The notes under the pieces: model-generated | Databases searched by the model: none | What the model was told of the DNA's origin: nothing | Seen by the model: only the letters and a program-made list of their open reading frames with translations | Program-made: the position numbers and the translations under genes | Shown here: positions 39,196 to 51,032 of the stretch, piece after piece | How positions within the stretch are numbered: position 1 is the first letter of the stretch | Layout of the letters: every line of letters begins with the position of its first letter | Source: a virus | Taxonomy: Duplodnaviria > Caudoviricetes | Strand: one strand, 5' to 3' | DNA length: 64,000 nucleotides | Virus record (IMG/VR): IMGVR_UViG_3300020227_000045 | Coordinates: 1-64,000 of that record

Positions 39196-39753
39196 GTGTC
39201 AAAAGATACTAACCAGAAAAAGCCTAAAGTATTTTTAGGTCAAAACTTATCTACACGTGTACGTAGTCCTTTATTTTGGACAGGTATTGTAGGTATTTTA
39301 GGTAGTGCAGTTGTATCATTCGGTGGATTAATAGGTGTAGATTTATCAGCTCAAGTAGATAATGTCACAGCTAACTCAAGTAAAATTATTGAGTTTATTT
39401 TCTTAATCCTTGGATTGTTAGGTGTTTCAGTAGACCCTAATAGTAAAGGTGCAAAAGATAGCGAGATTGTAAGAACTGATTACACAAAACCTAGAAATGA
39501 TAAAGACCCTAATGAATTTGTTCAATGGAAAAATGATAGTTCACTTACAGATGTAACTCCAGAGCGTAAAGAAAAAGAACCAGAAGAATTCGATACTTCT
39601 GAACCTTTTACAGATGACTCAGATGAAGTAGAATATGATGTTTCTGAGTATGAAGATGAAGATAATACACCTTTAGGTGGAAGTAAACTTCATGATGATA
39701 CACCATTAGATACTACAATTGACCCTGACAATTTAGAAAGGGATGGTAAATAA
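39196..39753 (+). CDS. Holin (phiLC3-type) with acidic C-terminal tail
   Basis: RVRSPLFW..., two TMs, GVSVDPNSKG..DS motif; precedes endolysin. Confidence 0.88.
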   Translation: MSKDTNQKKPKVFLGQNLSTRVRSPLFWTGIVGILGSAVVSFGGLIGVDLSAQVDNVTANSSKIIEFIFLILGLLGVSVDPNSKGAKDSEIVRTDYTKPRNDKDPNEFVQWKNDSSLTDVTPERKEKEPEEFDTSEPFTDDSDEVEYDVSEYEDEDNTPLGGSKLHDDTPLDTTIDPDNLERDGK

Positions 39754-39754
39754 G

Positions 39755-42730
39755 ATGGTTGCAAAACTCACAGAAAAAGAAGCAATAGCATTTGTCAAAA
39801 GTTTAGAAGGTAAGAAAATAGACTTTGATGGATGGTACGGATATTAACATAATGGTATCCTAACTCATTGAATTGACGGGAACCCCCTTAGAGCTTTAAC
39901 TACTAACTTATCATGGTGACATAGGTAAGGGCAAACAGTAATGTGTTTGGTAAAGTAAAAAAGTTAAAGATTGGGAAATCCGCAGGTAAGCTACTATGGT
40001 AACAGTAGTAGAAACTTCAACGACTAAATACTATCAATTGGTAGTTAGTGGTGAGTACTTGATAAAAGTTAAGTAATAATATAGTCTGTTCTTATAGGAA
40101 ACTATAAGAGTTACATTATACAATCAATGGTAGAAATATTATTGAGGAAAGATGATAACATAACAAAAAGCAATGTTTTGACCTAGCTAATGAATATTGG
40201 AATAAATTATTTGGCACAAGTCTTAAAGGTGTAGGAGCAAAAGACATACCTAATTCAAATAATTTTAAAGGTATAGCTAAGGTATATAATAATACATCTT
40301 CATTTAAAGCTAAACCAGGTGATTTGGTAATTTTCAACTCATCTTATGGTGGCGGGTATGGTCACGTAGCTATAGTTTTAAATGGAAATGCAGATGGAAA
40401 TTTAATGAAGTTTGTAAGTCTTGACCAGAATCAAATAAGGTTCCCTTTATATAGTAATATATAATTGAATAACACATTAAATTGCTGGAACCCCGTAAAG
40501 CTCAATTAACTACAACGTAATAGGAAACTATAAGCGTGAAAGTTAGGAAACTAGAAAAAATAATTGAGATACCATAAGCTGAGAAAAAGCTCAAAGAGTG
40601 CTAAGTGGTGAATAATCGGAAATCAGCATCCAAACCTACAAATAGTGGGGAGGTTCAACGACTATAATATGTGGCTCCTATAAGGAGTATGGTATAGTCT
40701 AGTCCGTAAATAAATACTAGGAAACTAGCGGTATAGACGTGGCAAGGCGGAGGATGGACAAGTGGTCCAGAAAAAGGTGGTACAGGTTGGGAAGCAGCAA
40801 CAAGAGTAACTCATCCATACGATTTCCCTATGTGGTTTATCAGACCATATTACAAAGAAGAGTCAAAAACAAAAACTACAAGTAAAAAAACAACAGCTAA
40901 GAAAAAAGCTAAAAAACTAACTTATATTCGTGATGAAGTAAAAGGTTATCGTTTACCTAATCGTGGATATAAGCCAAAAGGGATAGTTCTACACAACGAT
41001 GCGGGTAGTGCAGGTGCTACAGCTGAAGCGTACCATCGTGGATTAGTAAATGCACCATACTCAAGATTAGCTGCTGGTATTGCTCATTCTTATATCAGTG
41101 GTAACACAGTATATCAAGCATTACCAGAAAGCAGAGTAGGTTGGCATACGGCTTAATTTAGGTCATTTGTATAGTAATATACATCTAAATGTGTTTTAAT
41201 TCAGAGGAAGTCTAAACAATATAAGTTGTAGATAATTCTGAGCTAAGTTTATATTGACATATAATTATATTTATTGTATAATATTCATAGGAGGAGATTT
41301 TATGGAATTATACAAATTAGAAAATATTAAAGGTTTAGAAGAATTAAAAGGATACTCAATAGATAAAGAAGGTAACGTATACTCTCACAAATATACAACT
41401 TCGAATGGTAATACTTTTTATTATCATATATCAAATGAACCAGTTAAGAAATTAACTACTAAAAAAGATAGTAGAGGTTATATAAAAATAGGGTTAAACG
41501 GTAAAAGTTTATTCATTCATAGGCTGTTAGCTTTATTATTTATTCCTAATCCAGAGAATAAAGAACAAGTAAATCATATGAACGGTGTTAAAGATGATAA
41601 TAGAATAGAAAATTTAGAATGGTGTACAAACAGAGAAAATAGAATACATGCTATAGAGAATAATTTGTTAGATAACATACCTTATGGCATTTCTCAGTAC
41701 ACTAAAGAAGGGTTACATGTTAGAGATTATGATACTTGTTTAGAAGCTATAGAATACTTAGGCTTAGACAAAGGTGCTTCTGGAAATATAGGAAGATGTA
41801 TTAGAGGTAAAAGAAAAACAGCTTATGGTTATATATGGAAGTCAATATAAAAAAGTGCAACGACTATCCCTTAGGACGAGTGCCAATAAAAATAAATCGT
41901 CAACAGGAGTAGGGCTCAAGTCAATGGAGTGGGTGAAAATCCCTTAAATCGAAAAGGACACTTCCTTTTATAAGGAAAAGATATAGTCTATTCTTATAGG
42001 AAACTATAAGGAGTTCATAAGAGAACCAATAAAGAGTTACGAACTTTATTGAATATTAAAGAACCAAAATGGTAATAAAAATTACTATGGTATAGAAATA
42101 TGTCAATCTATAGGTGCAAGTGATAAAGTATTCTTAGCTAATGAACAAGCATCTTTCCAAGAAGCTGCTCGTTTATTAAATAAATGGGGATTAACAGCTA
42201 ATAGAAATACTATCCGTTTACACATGGAATTTTCTCAAACTAGCTGTCCTCATAGAAGTATGAAGTTACACACTGGTTTTGACCCTGTAACACAAGGCGT
42301 ACCTTCAAAAGCTACACAGCTTAAACTCAAAGACTATTTTATTAAGCAAATTCGTGCTTATCAAAATGGTAAAATACCAACTGCAACTGTTTCTAAAAAC
42401 ACTAGCTCTGCAAGCAATACAAAATCAACTGTAGCAGGAAAATGGAAACGTAATTCTTTCGGAACGTATTACATGACAGAAAAAGCTAGATTTACTAATG
42501 GTAATCAACCTATAGCAGCAAGAACAGTAGGACCTTTCAGAAGTTGTCCATTAGCTTATTGGTTCCAACCAGGAGGATACTGTGATTATGACGAAGTAAT
42601 GCTTCAAGATGGTCACGTATGGATTGGATATGATTGGCAAGGACAAAGATATTATCTTCCTATACGTACATGGAATGGAGTAGCTCCTCCAAATCAAGGT
42701 TTAGGAAACCTTTGGGGTTCAATTAAGTAA
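39755..42730 (+). CDS. Endolysin CHAP-Amidase_2-SH3b, split by 3 group I introns (477 aa after splicing)
   Basis: Exons 39755-39844, 40171-40431, 40740-41153, 42062-42730: WYGY|QCFD..LDQN|WQGGG..GWHTA|NQNGN; amidase and SH3b are LysK-like. Confidence 0.92.
39845..40170 (+). ncRNA. Group I intron lys-I1 (326 nt, no ORF), just before the catalytic QC of CHAP
   Basis: U/G junctions; CAACGACTA and TATAGTCT motifs. Confidence 0.88.
40432..40739 (+). ncRNA. Group I intron lys-I2 (308 nt, no ORF)
   Basis: AAT|..ACG|TGG; CAACGACTA and TATAGTCTAGTCC motifs. Confidence 0.88.
41154..42061 (+). mobile_element. Group I intron lys-I3 (908 nt) encoding an HNH homing endonuclease
   Basis: HTA|NQ site as in the phage K lysK intron; P7 motifs after the ORF. 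Confidence 0.9.
41302..41850 (+). CDS. Intron-encoded HNH endonuclease with NUMOD1-like C-terminus
   Basis: [30 protein letters not shown]; own TTGACA-17-TATAAT promoter and GGAGG RBS. Confidence 0.88.
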   Translation: MELYKLENIKGLEELKGYSIDKEGNVYSHKYTTSNGNTFYYHISNEPVKKLTTKKDSRGYIKIGLNGKSLFIHRLLALLFIPNPENKEQVNHMNGVKDDNRIENLEWCTNRENRIHAIENNLLDNIPYGISQYTKEGLHVRDYDTCLEAIEYLGLDKGASGNIGRCIRGKRKTAYGYIWKSI

Positions 42731-42802
42731 CAGAAATTAAGAGAGACCTATTTACAGGTCTCTTTTTTTATGTTAAAATAAATATAGATAATAAAAAAGG
42801 AG

Positions 42803-44152
42803 ATGATATATATGGTAAATTTTAAAGAAACTGTTTATGAAAACGAACATATGAGAAAATATGTAAAAGATATAGAAAAGTCTAAAAATATAAGTAGTAA
42901 TGACTCATATAGAAAATTGTATTGGGTATGTCCTATATGTAAGGAAGAAACTTTATCAACACCTCATAGTATTAAGAAACGAAAATATAGATGTTATTCT
43001 TGTAATCCTAGGTATAAAGAATCTGTTTATGATAACAAATATATGAGAAAATATGTTAAAAATATTGAAGAGTCTAAGAAAATAAGTTCATCATCAAAGC
43101 AATATATAGAATGGGAGTGCCCAAAATGTTTAAGAGAGATGTATACTGCTCCTCAAAATGTTAAAAAATCTGGTTTTATTTGTCCTGAGTGTAAACCTAG
43201 GTTTGAGGAATCGGTTTATGAAAATGAATATATGAGAAAATATGTTAAAAATATTGAATATTCTAAAATAATTAGTAGTAAATCAAGAATTAAAATTGAC
43301 TGGGAATGTCCTAAGTGTAAAAAATTAAAAAAATCTACACCTTTTTCGATTTCCCTTAACGGTTTTATATGTTATTTTTGTTCACCTAATATTTCTTATC
43401 CAGAGAGATTGATGACAGAGATATTAGAAGAAAATAAATTAAATTATGATACACAAGTAACTTTTGAAGGTTGTAAGAACAAAAACCATTTACCTTTTGA
43501 TTTTGCTATATATGATAAAGAAAATAATTTAAAATATTTGATAGAAATGCAAGGAGAACACCATTATTTAAAAGAAAGCCATAATAGGTGGGATACGAGT
43601 TTAGTTAAGGTAACGGATAAAATTAAAGAGAAATATTGTGATGATAACAATATAAAGCTTGTAACTATAGAATGTAAAAAGTCAGACTTTAATTATATTT
43701 TAAATCGTATTGAGAACACAGAATTGTATTTTCTCCTACATAACATAGACAAAGATAATTTAAAAAATGATAGTTTAGTTAGGGATACAGATGTAGATAT
43801 TGAAGGAATGGTTAATTTATACTTATTAGGTGTTAATTATAATAGTATAGCTAAATATTTTAATAGTAGTAGTAGTTATACCATAATTAATTTACTTAAA
43901 AAATTAGGATATTATGAAAGACATAGAGAAATTAACAGATACCTTAATGTTGTTTTTGTAAATAAAAGACAAATATTTAAAAGTGTTCATGAAGCAAGAA
44001 GATATATGAAATTTAAGAATACTAATGAAATAAAAAGAAGTTGTGAATATTCAAAGAAATATGAAAATAATACAATACAAGAATGGATGTATATAACAGA
44101 TTATATTAATAAGTTTGGGTTTGAAGGTCTTACTTGCCCTATAGATATATAA
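42803..44152 (+). CDS. Putative homing endonuclease: repeated WxCPxC zinc modules plus PD-(D/E)xK-type nuclease
   Basis: Three about 60-aa ESVY.N.YMRKYVKNIE..WxCPxC repeats; LPFDFAIY..IEMQGEHHY. Confidence 0.7.
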   Translation: MIYMVNFKETVYENEHMRKYVKDIEKSKNISSNDSYRKLYWVCPICKEETLSTPHSIKKRKYRCYSCNPRYKESVYDNKYMRKYVKNIEESKKISSSSKQYIEWECPKCLREMYTAPQNVKKSGFICPECKPRFEESVYENEYMRKYVKNIEYSKIISSKSRIKIDWECPKCKKLKKSTPFSISLNGFICYFCSPNISYPERLMTEILEENKLNYDTQVTFEGCKNKNHLPFDFAIYDKENNLKYLIEMQGEHHYLKESHNRWDTSLVKVTDKIKEKYCDDNNIKLVTIECKKSDFNYILNRIENTELYFLLHNIDKDNLKNDSLVRDTDVDIEGMVNLYLLGVNYNSIAKYFNSSSSYTIINLLKKLGYYERHREINRYLNVVFVNKRQIFKSVHEARRYMKFKNTNEIKRSCEYSKKYENNTIQEWMYITDYINKFGFEGLTCPIDI

Positions 44153-44312
44153 TTTTCTGAATTATTACAATTGATGTAATTAAAATATAATATAAAAACA
44201 TTCTAACTAGTTAATTAAATATTATATTATAGCTTGTGAGAAAAGCATAAGTATGTTATGATTACTTATGTAATAAAAATACATTAAAAAATATTAAGGA
44301 GTTTTAAGAATT

Positions 44313-45050
44313 ATGAAGAAAACAATTTTTGCAACATTAGCATTAGGAGCAGCGATTACATTTGGTGGAGTATCTAGTAATGAAGCTAGTGCTGACGAAA
44401 TTGACTATAATAAATTAGCAGAACAAGCTAAATCAAATTCAGTAGAAGTTAATACGAAACCAATTCAAGAAGGAAACTATGACTTCTCATTTAGTGATGG
44501 AGAATTTACTTACCATTTCTACAATTATAATGGTAACTTTGGATATGAATATCAATATGGTTCAACACAAGTAAATAACACAAGTTCACAATTAGCAGCA
44601 CAAGAACAAGCAAGTGAACAAAAAGTAGACCAACAACAAGCACAGTTTGATACTCAAAATGAAATTGATACTAATAAAGCAACAAGTTCAAATGAACAAC
44701 CTAAACAAGTAGAAGCACCTAAGGGAGAAGTTAAACAAGAAACTAAACAAGAAACTTCAACACCAGTACAAAAAGAAACTAAATCAGTTTCGGGAGGTTC
44801 TGTAAAAGCACAATTCTTACAAGCAGGTGGAACTGAAGCTATGTGGGATTCTATTGTAATGCCTGAAAGTACAGGTAATCCTAATGCAACCAATGGTCAA
44901 TACTCAGGATTATTCCAAATGTCACCACAATCAGGTAACGGAACAGGTTCCGTAGCTGAGCAAACTAAATCAGCAATTAAATACGCTAACGAAAGATACG
45001 GTTCAGTAGAAAATGCTATTTCTGCTCGTCAATCTAAAGGTTGGTGGTAA
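44313..45050 (+). CDS. Secreted IsaA/SceD-like lytic transglycosylase
   Basis: Signal peptide, IsaA-like N-terminus, IVMPESTGNPNA..GLFQ lysozyme-like motif. Confidence 0.85.
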   Translation: MKKTIFATLALGAAITFGGVSSNEASADEIDYNKLAEQAKSNSVEVNTKPIQEGNYDFSFSDGEFTYHFYNYNGNFGYEYQYGSTQVNNTSSQLAAQEQASEQKVDQQQAQFDTQNEIDTNKATSSNEQPKQVEAPKGEVKQETKQETSTPVQKETKSVSGGSVKAQFLQAGGTEAMWDSIVMPESTGNPNATNGQYSGLFQMSPQSGNGTGSVAEQTKSAIKYANERYGSVENAISARQSKGWW

Positions 45051-45074
45051 TAAATAAGACTAAGGGTATTCCCC

Positions 45075-46409
45075 TTAGTCTCTTTTTTTAAAATTATTAT
45101 ATTTTCTACTTACAGTAAACCTTGAAATTTTGTATCCTTGTTTATTTAATATTTCTGTAGTTTGTCTATAATTATAACCAGAGTCAACTAATTCTATTAT
45201 TTTATTTATAGGATATTTATGCTTTTCATTAAGGATAATCAAGTTATCCCTTATTTCTTTTTCTTTAGATAAATTTAATAAATTATTTAACTCTGATTTT
45301 TTTATAGAGTTCATGATATATTCGTAATTACTTTCTCTAGCATCAATACAAATTAATTTTATATTATTAGTAGAACAAAAATTTAATTTGATATTGTCTC
45401 TTTCTTTTATATTTTTAAGAGATTCACTATTAGAAAAACCTGACTTTTCATTATAATGCTGTAAACCTTGAATCTCTACTAGGATATTATAATCTATTAG
45501 ATAAAAGTCAAAAGGTAGAGGTACGGTAGTTTTACAATCTTCAAATATTTTTTGTGTTTCATAATTAAAATTATTAGTTTTTAGAACAGATTCAAATAAT
45601 TTTTCTGTGAAAGGAGTGTTATCACTACAAGAATTACAAATATAAAACTTAGGTAAATCTTTAACTTTATAAGTTTTTGTTTTTTTACAATTAGGACATT
45701 CTAATACTATGGAGTTAGTTCTACTAAAATGTGTTGTTCCTTTTTTAGCATACTCTATGTTTTTTATATAAGGTCTCAAATCAGGTCTTTTGTTCCACAG
45801 ACAGTTTTCACTATTAACAGTTAGTCTATTATGGTAAGGACTAAATTTCCTTTTCTTTAATGTGGTCTCTTCCCAATCAAACACAATACCTGTAAAATTG
45901 CATTTTACTTTATAACCTTTTACAGTTTTCATTTTTTTATATTTAGATTTTAAACGTTTTTTCTCTAATATAGTACAGTTTGCTATAACATCACCAACAT
46001 TAAATTTAAAATCCTTATCAAAGGAACCACTTAAGAAATTTAATTTGGCAAACTTTATAGTCTCTGTCTTCCTGTTGAATACTTTTCCATTACTTAAAAC
46101 CTTTAAACTTTTTAATTCTTTAGGTTTTTCTTTATACACAGGTTCTAGTATGGTTATAGTATATACAGTATTTTTGTGAAAACAAGTTAAATTTATATCT
46201 ATAGAATTTTTCCAATCAAAACTTGTTTTACCGTTCCATAATTTTTTAGGTATATCTCCAAGCATTATGTAATCTAAGTATAATGAATCTTTATCTTTAT
46301 ATAACCTAAAAGAATTATATAAGTCGTCAGTATAAAATTCTAAATTATTAGATTCCATGTATTTTTTAGTATATTCTAAATATTTTTCAGATAACATATT
46401 ATCCCTCAT
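45075..46409 (-). CDS. Putative free-standing PD-(D/E)xK homing endonuclease, antisense to neighbours
   Basis: CPNC..C..C zinc module; LPFDFYL..ILVEIQGLQHY. Confidence 0.7.
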   Translation of the reverse strand: MRDNMLSEKYLEYTKKYMESNNLEFYTDDLYNSFRLYKDKDSLYLDYIMLGDIPKKLWNGKTSFDWKNSIDINLTCFHKNTVYTITILEPVYKEKPKELKSLKVLSNGKVFNRKTETIKFAKLNFLSGSFDKDFKFNVGDVIANCTILEKKRLKSKYKKMKTVKGYKVKCNFTGIVFDWEETTLKKRKFSPYHNRLTVNSENCLWNKRPDLRPYIKNIEYAKKGTTHFSRTNSIVLECPNCKKTKTYKVKDLPKFYICNSCSDNTPFTEKLFESVLKTNNFNYETQKIFEDCKTTVPLPFDFYLIDYNILVEIQGLQHYNEKSGFSNSESLKNIKERDNIKLNFCSTNNIKLICIDARESNYEYIMNSIKKSELNNLLNLSKEKEIRDNLIILNEKHKYPINKIIELVDSGYNYRQTTEILNKQGYKISRFTVSRKYNNFKKRD

Positions 46410-46456
46410 TTCATATTATTTATTATATAATATATCATAACATATAGCTAAGTATA

Positions 46457-46591
46457 ATGCAAGGTTTAGGAAAATCATGGGCTAATGGTTCAGTAGCAGA
46501 ACAAACTAAAGGAGCTAAACAATATATGATTGACCGTTATGGTTCAACAAGTGCAGCCCTTTCTCACCATGATGCGAATAATAGCTATTAA
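46457..46591 (+). pseudogene. Orphan alternative C-terminus of the transglycosylase (44 codons)
   Basis: GSVAEQTKGAKQYMIDRYGS vs GSVAEQTKSAIKYANERYGS in 44313..45050; similar terminator follows. Confidence 0.75.
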
Positions 46592-46686
46592 TATCTAAGA
46601 CTAGGATAATCTCCTAGTCTTTTTTCTTTATTATATTAGACATAGGTATATATACCTATGTCTAAAAATGAAAGAGGTATTGCTAT

Positions 46687-47121
46687 GTGAGTGACTACAA
46701 CAAAAGAGAAATTTACAATCTTGTCTATTATTTATTAGATAATGGATATTTATGGCATATGCAATATGCAAACATTGTATTAATACCTAGTGAAGTACAA
46801 AAGATAATGAAAGAACGAGAAAAGTTTAATAAAAGTATCTTAGAAAGGATTGACAAACTTTTGGGTAAAGAAGAGCCTAACCCTATAAAGTATATAGAAA
46901 TATATACACAATCATGTGTAGTTAATTTAAATAATGAACATTATACAAATGAACAACTTAACACTGTATTTAACCAATTAGAAGAAGGTAAAAAAGTATA
47001 TGTAGAGAGTGAATATAAAACAATATGTATTAAAGATTACACAGGATACCAAATAACATATATTAATGAATATAAGAAACATATGAGTAAACAAAATGAA
47101 AAAGATATTAATTTAGAATAA
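46687..47121 (+). CDS. Hypothetical protein, 144 aa
   Basis: ORF with GAGG RBS. Confidence 0.6.
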   Translation: MSDYNKREIYNLVYYLLDNGYLWHMQYANIVLIPSEVQKIMKEREKFNKSILERIDKLLGKEEPNPIKYIEIYTQSCVVNLNNEHYTNEQLNTVFNQLEEGKKVYVESEYKTICIKDYTGYQITYINEYKKHMSKQNEKDINLE

Positions 47122-47308
47122 ATTGACTACTATTAAAGTAGTCTTTTTTGATTTTGTGAAAAAAGGATTATATGCTATAATAAATATATAATAAATGTAT
47201 AAGATAAATATACATAATAAAATCAACAAGAAAGTTAATAATGTTATATTATGTAGAGAGTACGCATATGTATTTGAAAAATATAACATAAGAGAGGTGT
47301 AAAACCTT

Positions 47309-48096
47309 TTGGAAGAGACAAAATTTAATACTTTTGTTCCTTTAGATTTAGAGAAGTCTACAGAGGTAGAAAATGACACTAGAGAATTCTCTACAGTATC
47401 TGGTTGGGCTTCAACACCTAACTTAGATTTACAGAACGATATTGTAAACCCTAAAGGGATAGACATAGAGTATTTCGTTAAGCATGGGTATGTTAACTAC
47501 GAACATCAACCTGACCAAATCGTAGGTATACCTTCTGAAAATTGCTATGTAGATATGAATAAAGGATTATACATTGAAGCTAAATTGTTTAAAGATAACG
47601 ATAAAGTTATTAAGATGTTAGATTTAGCAGAAAAATTACAAAAGACAGGCTCAGGACGTAGATTAGGATTCTCTATAGAAGGAGCAGTGAAGAGTAGAAA
47701 TGTTAATGATAATAGAATTATAGATTCTGTTATGATTAGTGGTGTAGCTTTAACTGCACATCCTGCAAATCCTGATGCTACATGGGAAAAATTTGTTAAA
47801 TCTTTTGTTACAGGTTATGGTACAACACCAGAAACACAACAAGATGCAGGAGCATTAAGAAGAGAACAAATTTCAAGTAGTATTACTAACCTAACATATT
47901 CTACAAGCCTTCAAAATCCTAAAGACTTAGATAATTTATGGAAAGATGTAGTTAACTACATGTCTAAAAATAATCAACTAGGTTATGAGGAATCTATTGT
48001 TACATTACAATTAGCAAAAGGATTATCAAGAAAAGATGCTGAAAAAGCAGTTTTAGATATAAGACGAAACGAATTAGATTCGGAAGGAGAAAAATA

Positions 48097-48097
<1 letters not shown>
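47309..48097 (+). CDS. Prohead protease
   Basis: VSGWAST..LDLQ.D, NYEH, LGFSIEG, VALTAHPANPDA; position before scaffold and capsid. Confidence 0.9.
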
Positions 48098-49128
<1,031 letters not shown>

Positions 49129-49214
49129 ACAGTAAAACTTATGTTATATTATAGTACGAAGTGAAATAAAATTTAAACTTTTAAAAAAACATATAAATGA
49201 AAGGTGAATAATAA

Positions 49215-50639
49215 ATGACCGAAGAAAATAAAAACGGTTTTGAACAAAAGTTAAAACCAAGTCAACGTGAATTCGCTGAAAACTTGCAAGAACAATTGTC
49301 AAAATCATTCCAAACAGGATACGGAATTACTCCTGATACACAAATTGATGCAGGAGCTTTACGTAGAGAAATTTTAGATGACCAAATTACAATGCTTACT
49401 TACACTAATGAAGACTTGATTTTCTTCAGACAAATTACTAAACGTCCAGCTCAATCAACAGTTATGAAATATGACGTTTACTTAAACCATGGTGAAGTAG
49501 GTCACTCAGGTTTCGTTCGTGAAATCGGCGTAGCACCTGTATCAGACCCTAACATCCGTCAAAAGACCGTTAACATGAAATATGTAAGTTCTACTCGTAA
49601 CATGTCAATCGCTACAACGTTAGTAAACAACGTTGAAGACCCAGCTCAAATCTTGACAGAAGATGCGATTGTAACAGTTGCTAAAAACATTGAGTGGGCT
49701 TCATTCTATGGTGATGCTTCATTATCAAGTGAACCAACTAACGAAGGCGGACTTGAATTTGATGGTTTAGTTAAATTAATTTCTAAAGAAAACGTAATTG
49801 ATGCAAAAGGTAAAGCATTAGACCAATTATTATTAAACGATGCAGCAGTTCACATTTCTAAAGGTTTCGGACAACCTACAGATGCTTTCATGCCTTTAGG
49901 TGTACATGCAGAATTCGTAAACGATATGCTTTCTAACCAACGTCAATTAATGTCAGACAACAGTGGTAACTTAACAGCAGGTTACAACGTACAAGGATTT
50001 AACTCAGTACGTGGACACATTGCTTTACATGGTTCTACTGTAATGGAAAATGACTTAATTTTAGACGAATCAGTTCAACCAAAACCAAATGCACCTCAAC
50101 CAGCTAAAGTAAATGCTACTGTTAAAACAGACCAAAAAGGTAAATTTGAAGACCCACAAGAAACTGAAGTTAACTACAAAGTAGTAGTAAACTCAGATGA
50201 AGCTAAATCTTATGCTAGTGAAGTAGTACAAGCACAAGTTTCAAATGCTACAGATGCAGTTGAATTAACTATTCAATTACAATCTATGTATCAATCACAA
50301 CCTCAATTCGTTTCTATTTACCGTCAAGGTAAAAACACTGGTTTATTCTACCTAATTGATAGAGTAGCAGTTTCTCAACAAAACGAAGAAGGTAACATTG
50401 TGTACTTAGACCGTAACGAAAACTTACCAGAAACAGCAGACGTATTCGTTGGTGAATTAACTCCAACAGTAATTCACTTATTCGAGTTACTTCCAATGAT
50501 GAGATTACCATTAGCTCAAATTAATGCTTCAATTACATTTGCAGTATTATGGTATGGTGCTTTAGCACTACGTGCACCTAAAAAATGGGCTCGTATTAAA
50601 AACGTTCGTTACACAGCAGTTAACCCATACGCACAATAA
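49215..50639 (+). CDS. Major capsid protein
   Basis: KSFQTGYGITPDTQIDAGALRREILD, WYGALALRAPKKW, phage K-type. Confidence 0.96.
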   Translation: MTEENKNGFEQKLKPSQREFAENLQEQLSKSFQTGYGITPDTQIDAGALRREILDDQITMLTYTNEDLIFFRQITKRPAQSTVMKYDVYLNHGEVGHSGFVREIGVAPVSDPNIRQKTVNMKYVSSTRNMSIATTLVNNVEDPAQILTEDAIVTVAKNIEWASFYGDASLSSEPTNEGGLEFDGLVKLISKENVIDAKGKALDQLLLNDAAVHISKGFGQPTDAFMPLGVHAEFVNDMLSNQRQLMSDNSGNLTAGYNVQGFNSVRGHIALHGSTVMENDLILDESVQPKPNAPQPAKVNATVKTDQKGKFEDPQETEVNYKVVVNSDEAKSYASEVVQAQVSNATDAVELTIQLQSMYQSQPQFVSIYRQGKNTGLFYLIDRVAVSQQNEEGNIVYLDRNENLPETADVFVGELTPTVIHLFELLPMMRLPLAQINASITFAVLWYGALALRAPKKWARIKNVRYTAVNPYAQ

Positions 50640-50738
50640 TTTAATAAACATTTTAAATAACAATTTAATACAACTCAATAAGCTAAGGTCATATAACCTT
50701 AGCTTTTTTTATTATAATAAAAGAGAGGATACTAATAC

Positions 50739-51020
50739 ATGTTAAAATATAAAGGTTCATTCAATAAAAAAGTTCAAACTGTAGTAGGAGAAGTTACAGT
50801 TGATGAATTTGGATTAGTTAAAGGATTAAAGAAAGCAGATGAAGATATTCTTTTAAATGGTTTTAACTTTGAACAAGCAGAAGAGTCAAAATCTACAAGT
50901 AAAACACAATCTAAAGAGGATTCTAAAGAAGAGGAAAAGTCTTCAACTACTAAGAAGACAACAGGAACTACTAGAAAAACAACTGCACGTAAAACAACTA
51001 AAAAAACTGAAGAGAAATAA
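50739..51020 (+). CDS. Conserved small protein downstream of capsid
   Basis: ORF with RBS. Confidence 0.75.
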   Translation: MLKYKGSFNKKVQTVVGEVTVDEFGLVKGLKKADEDILLNGFNFEQAEESKSTSKTQSKEDSKEEEKSSTTKKTTGTTRKTTARKTTKKTEEK

Positions 51021-51032
51021 AGGTGATAAAGA

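Noticed and set aside
40830-42730. ORFs 40830..41156 and 42224..42730 as independent lysins
   Set aside because: They are parts of exons 3 and 4 of the spliced endolysin.
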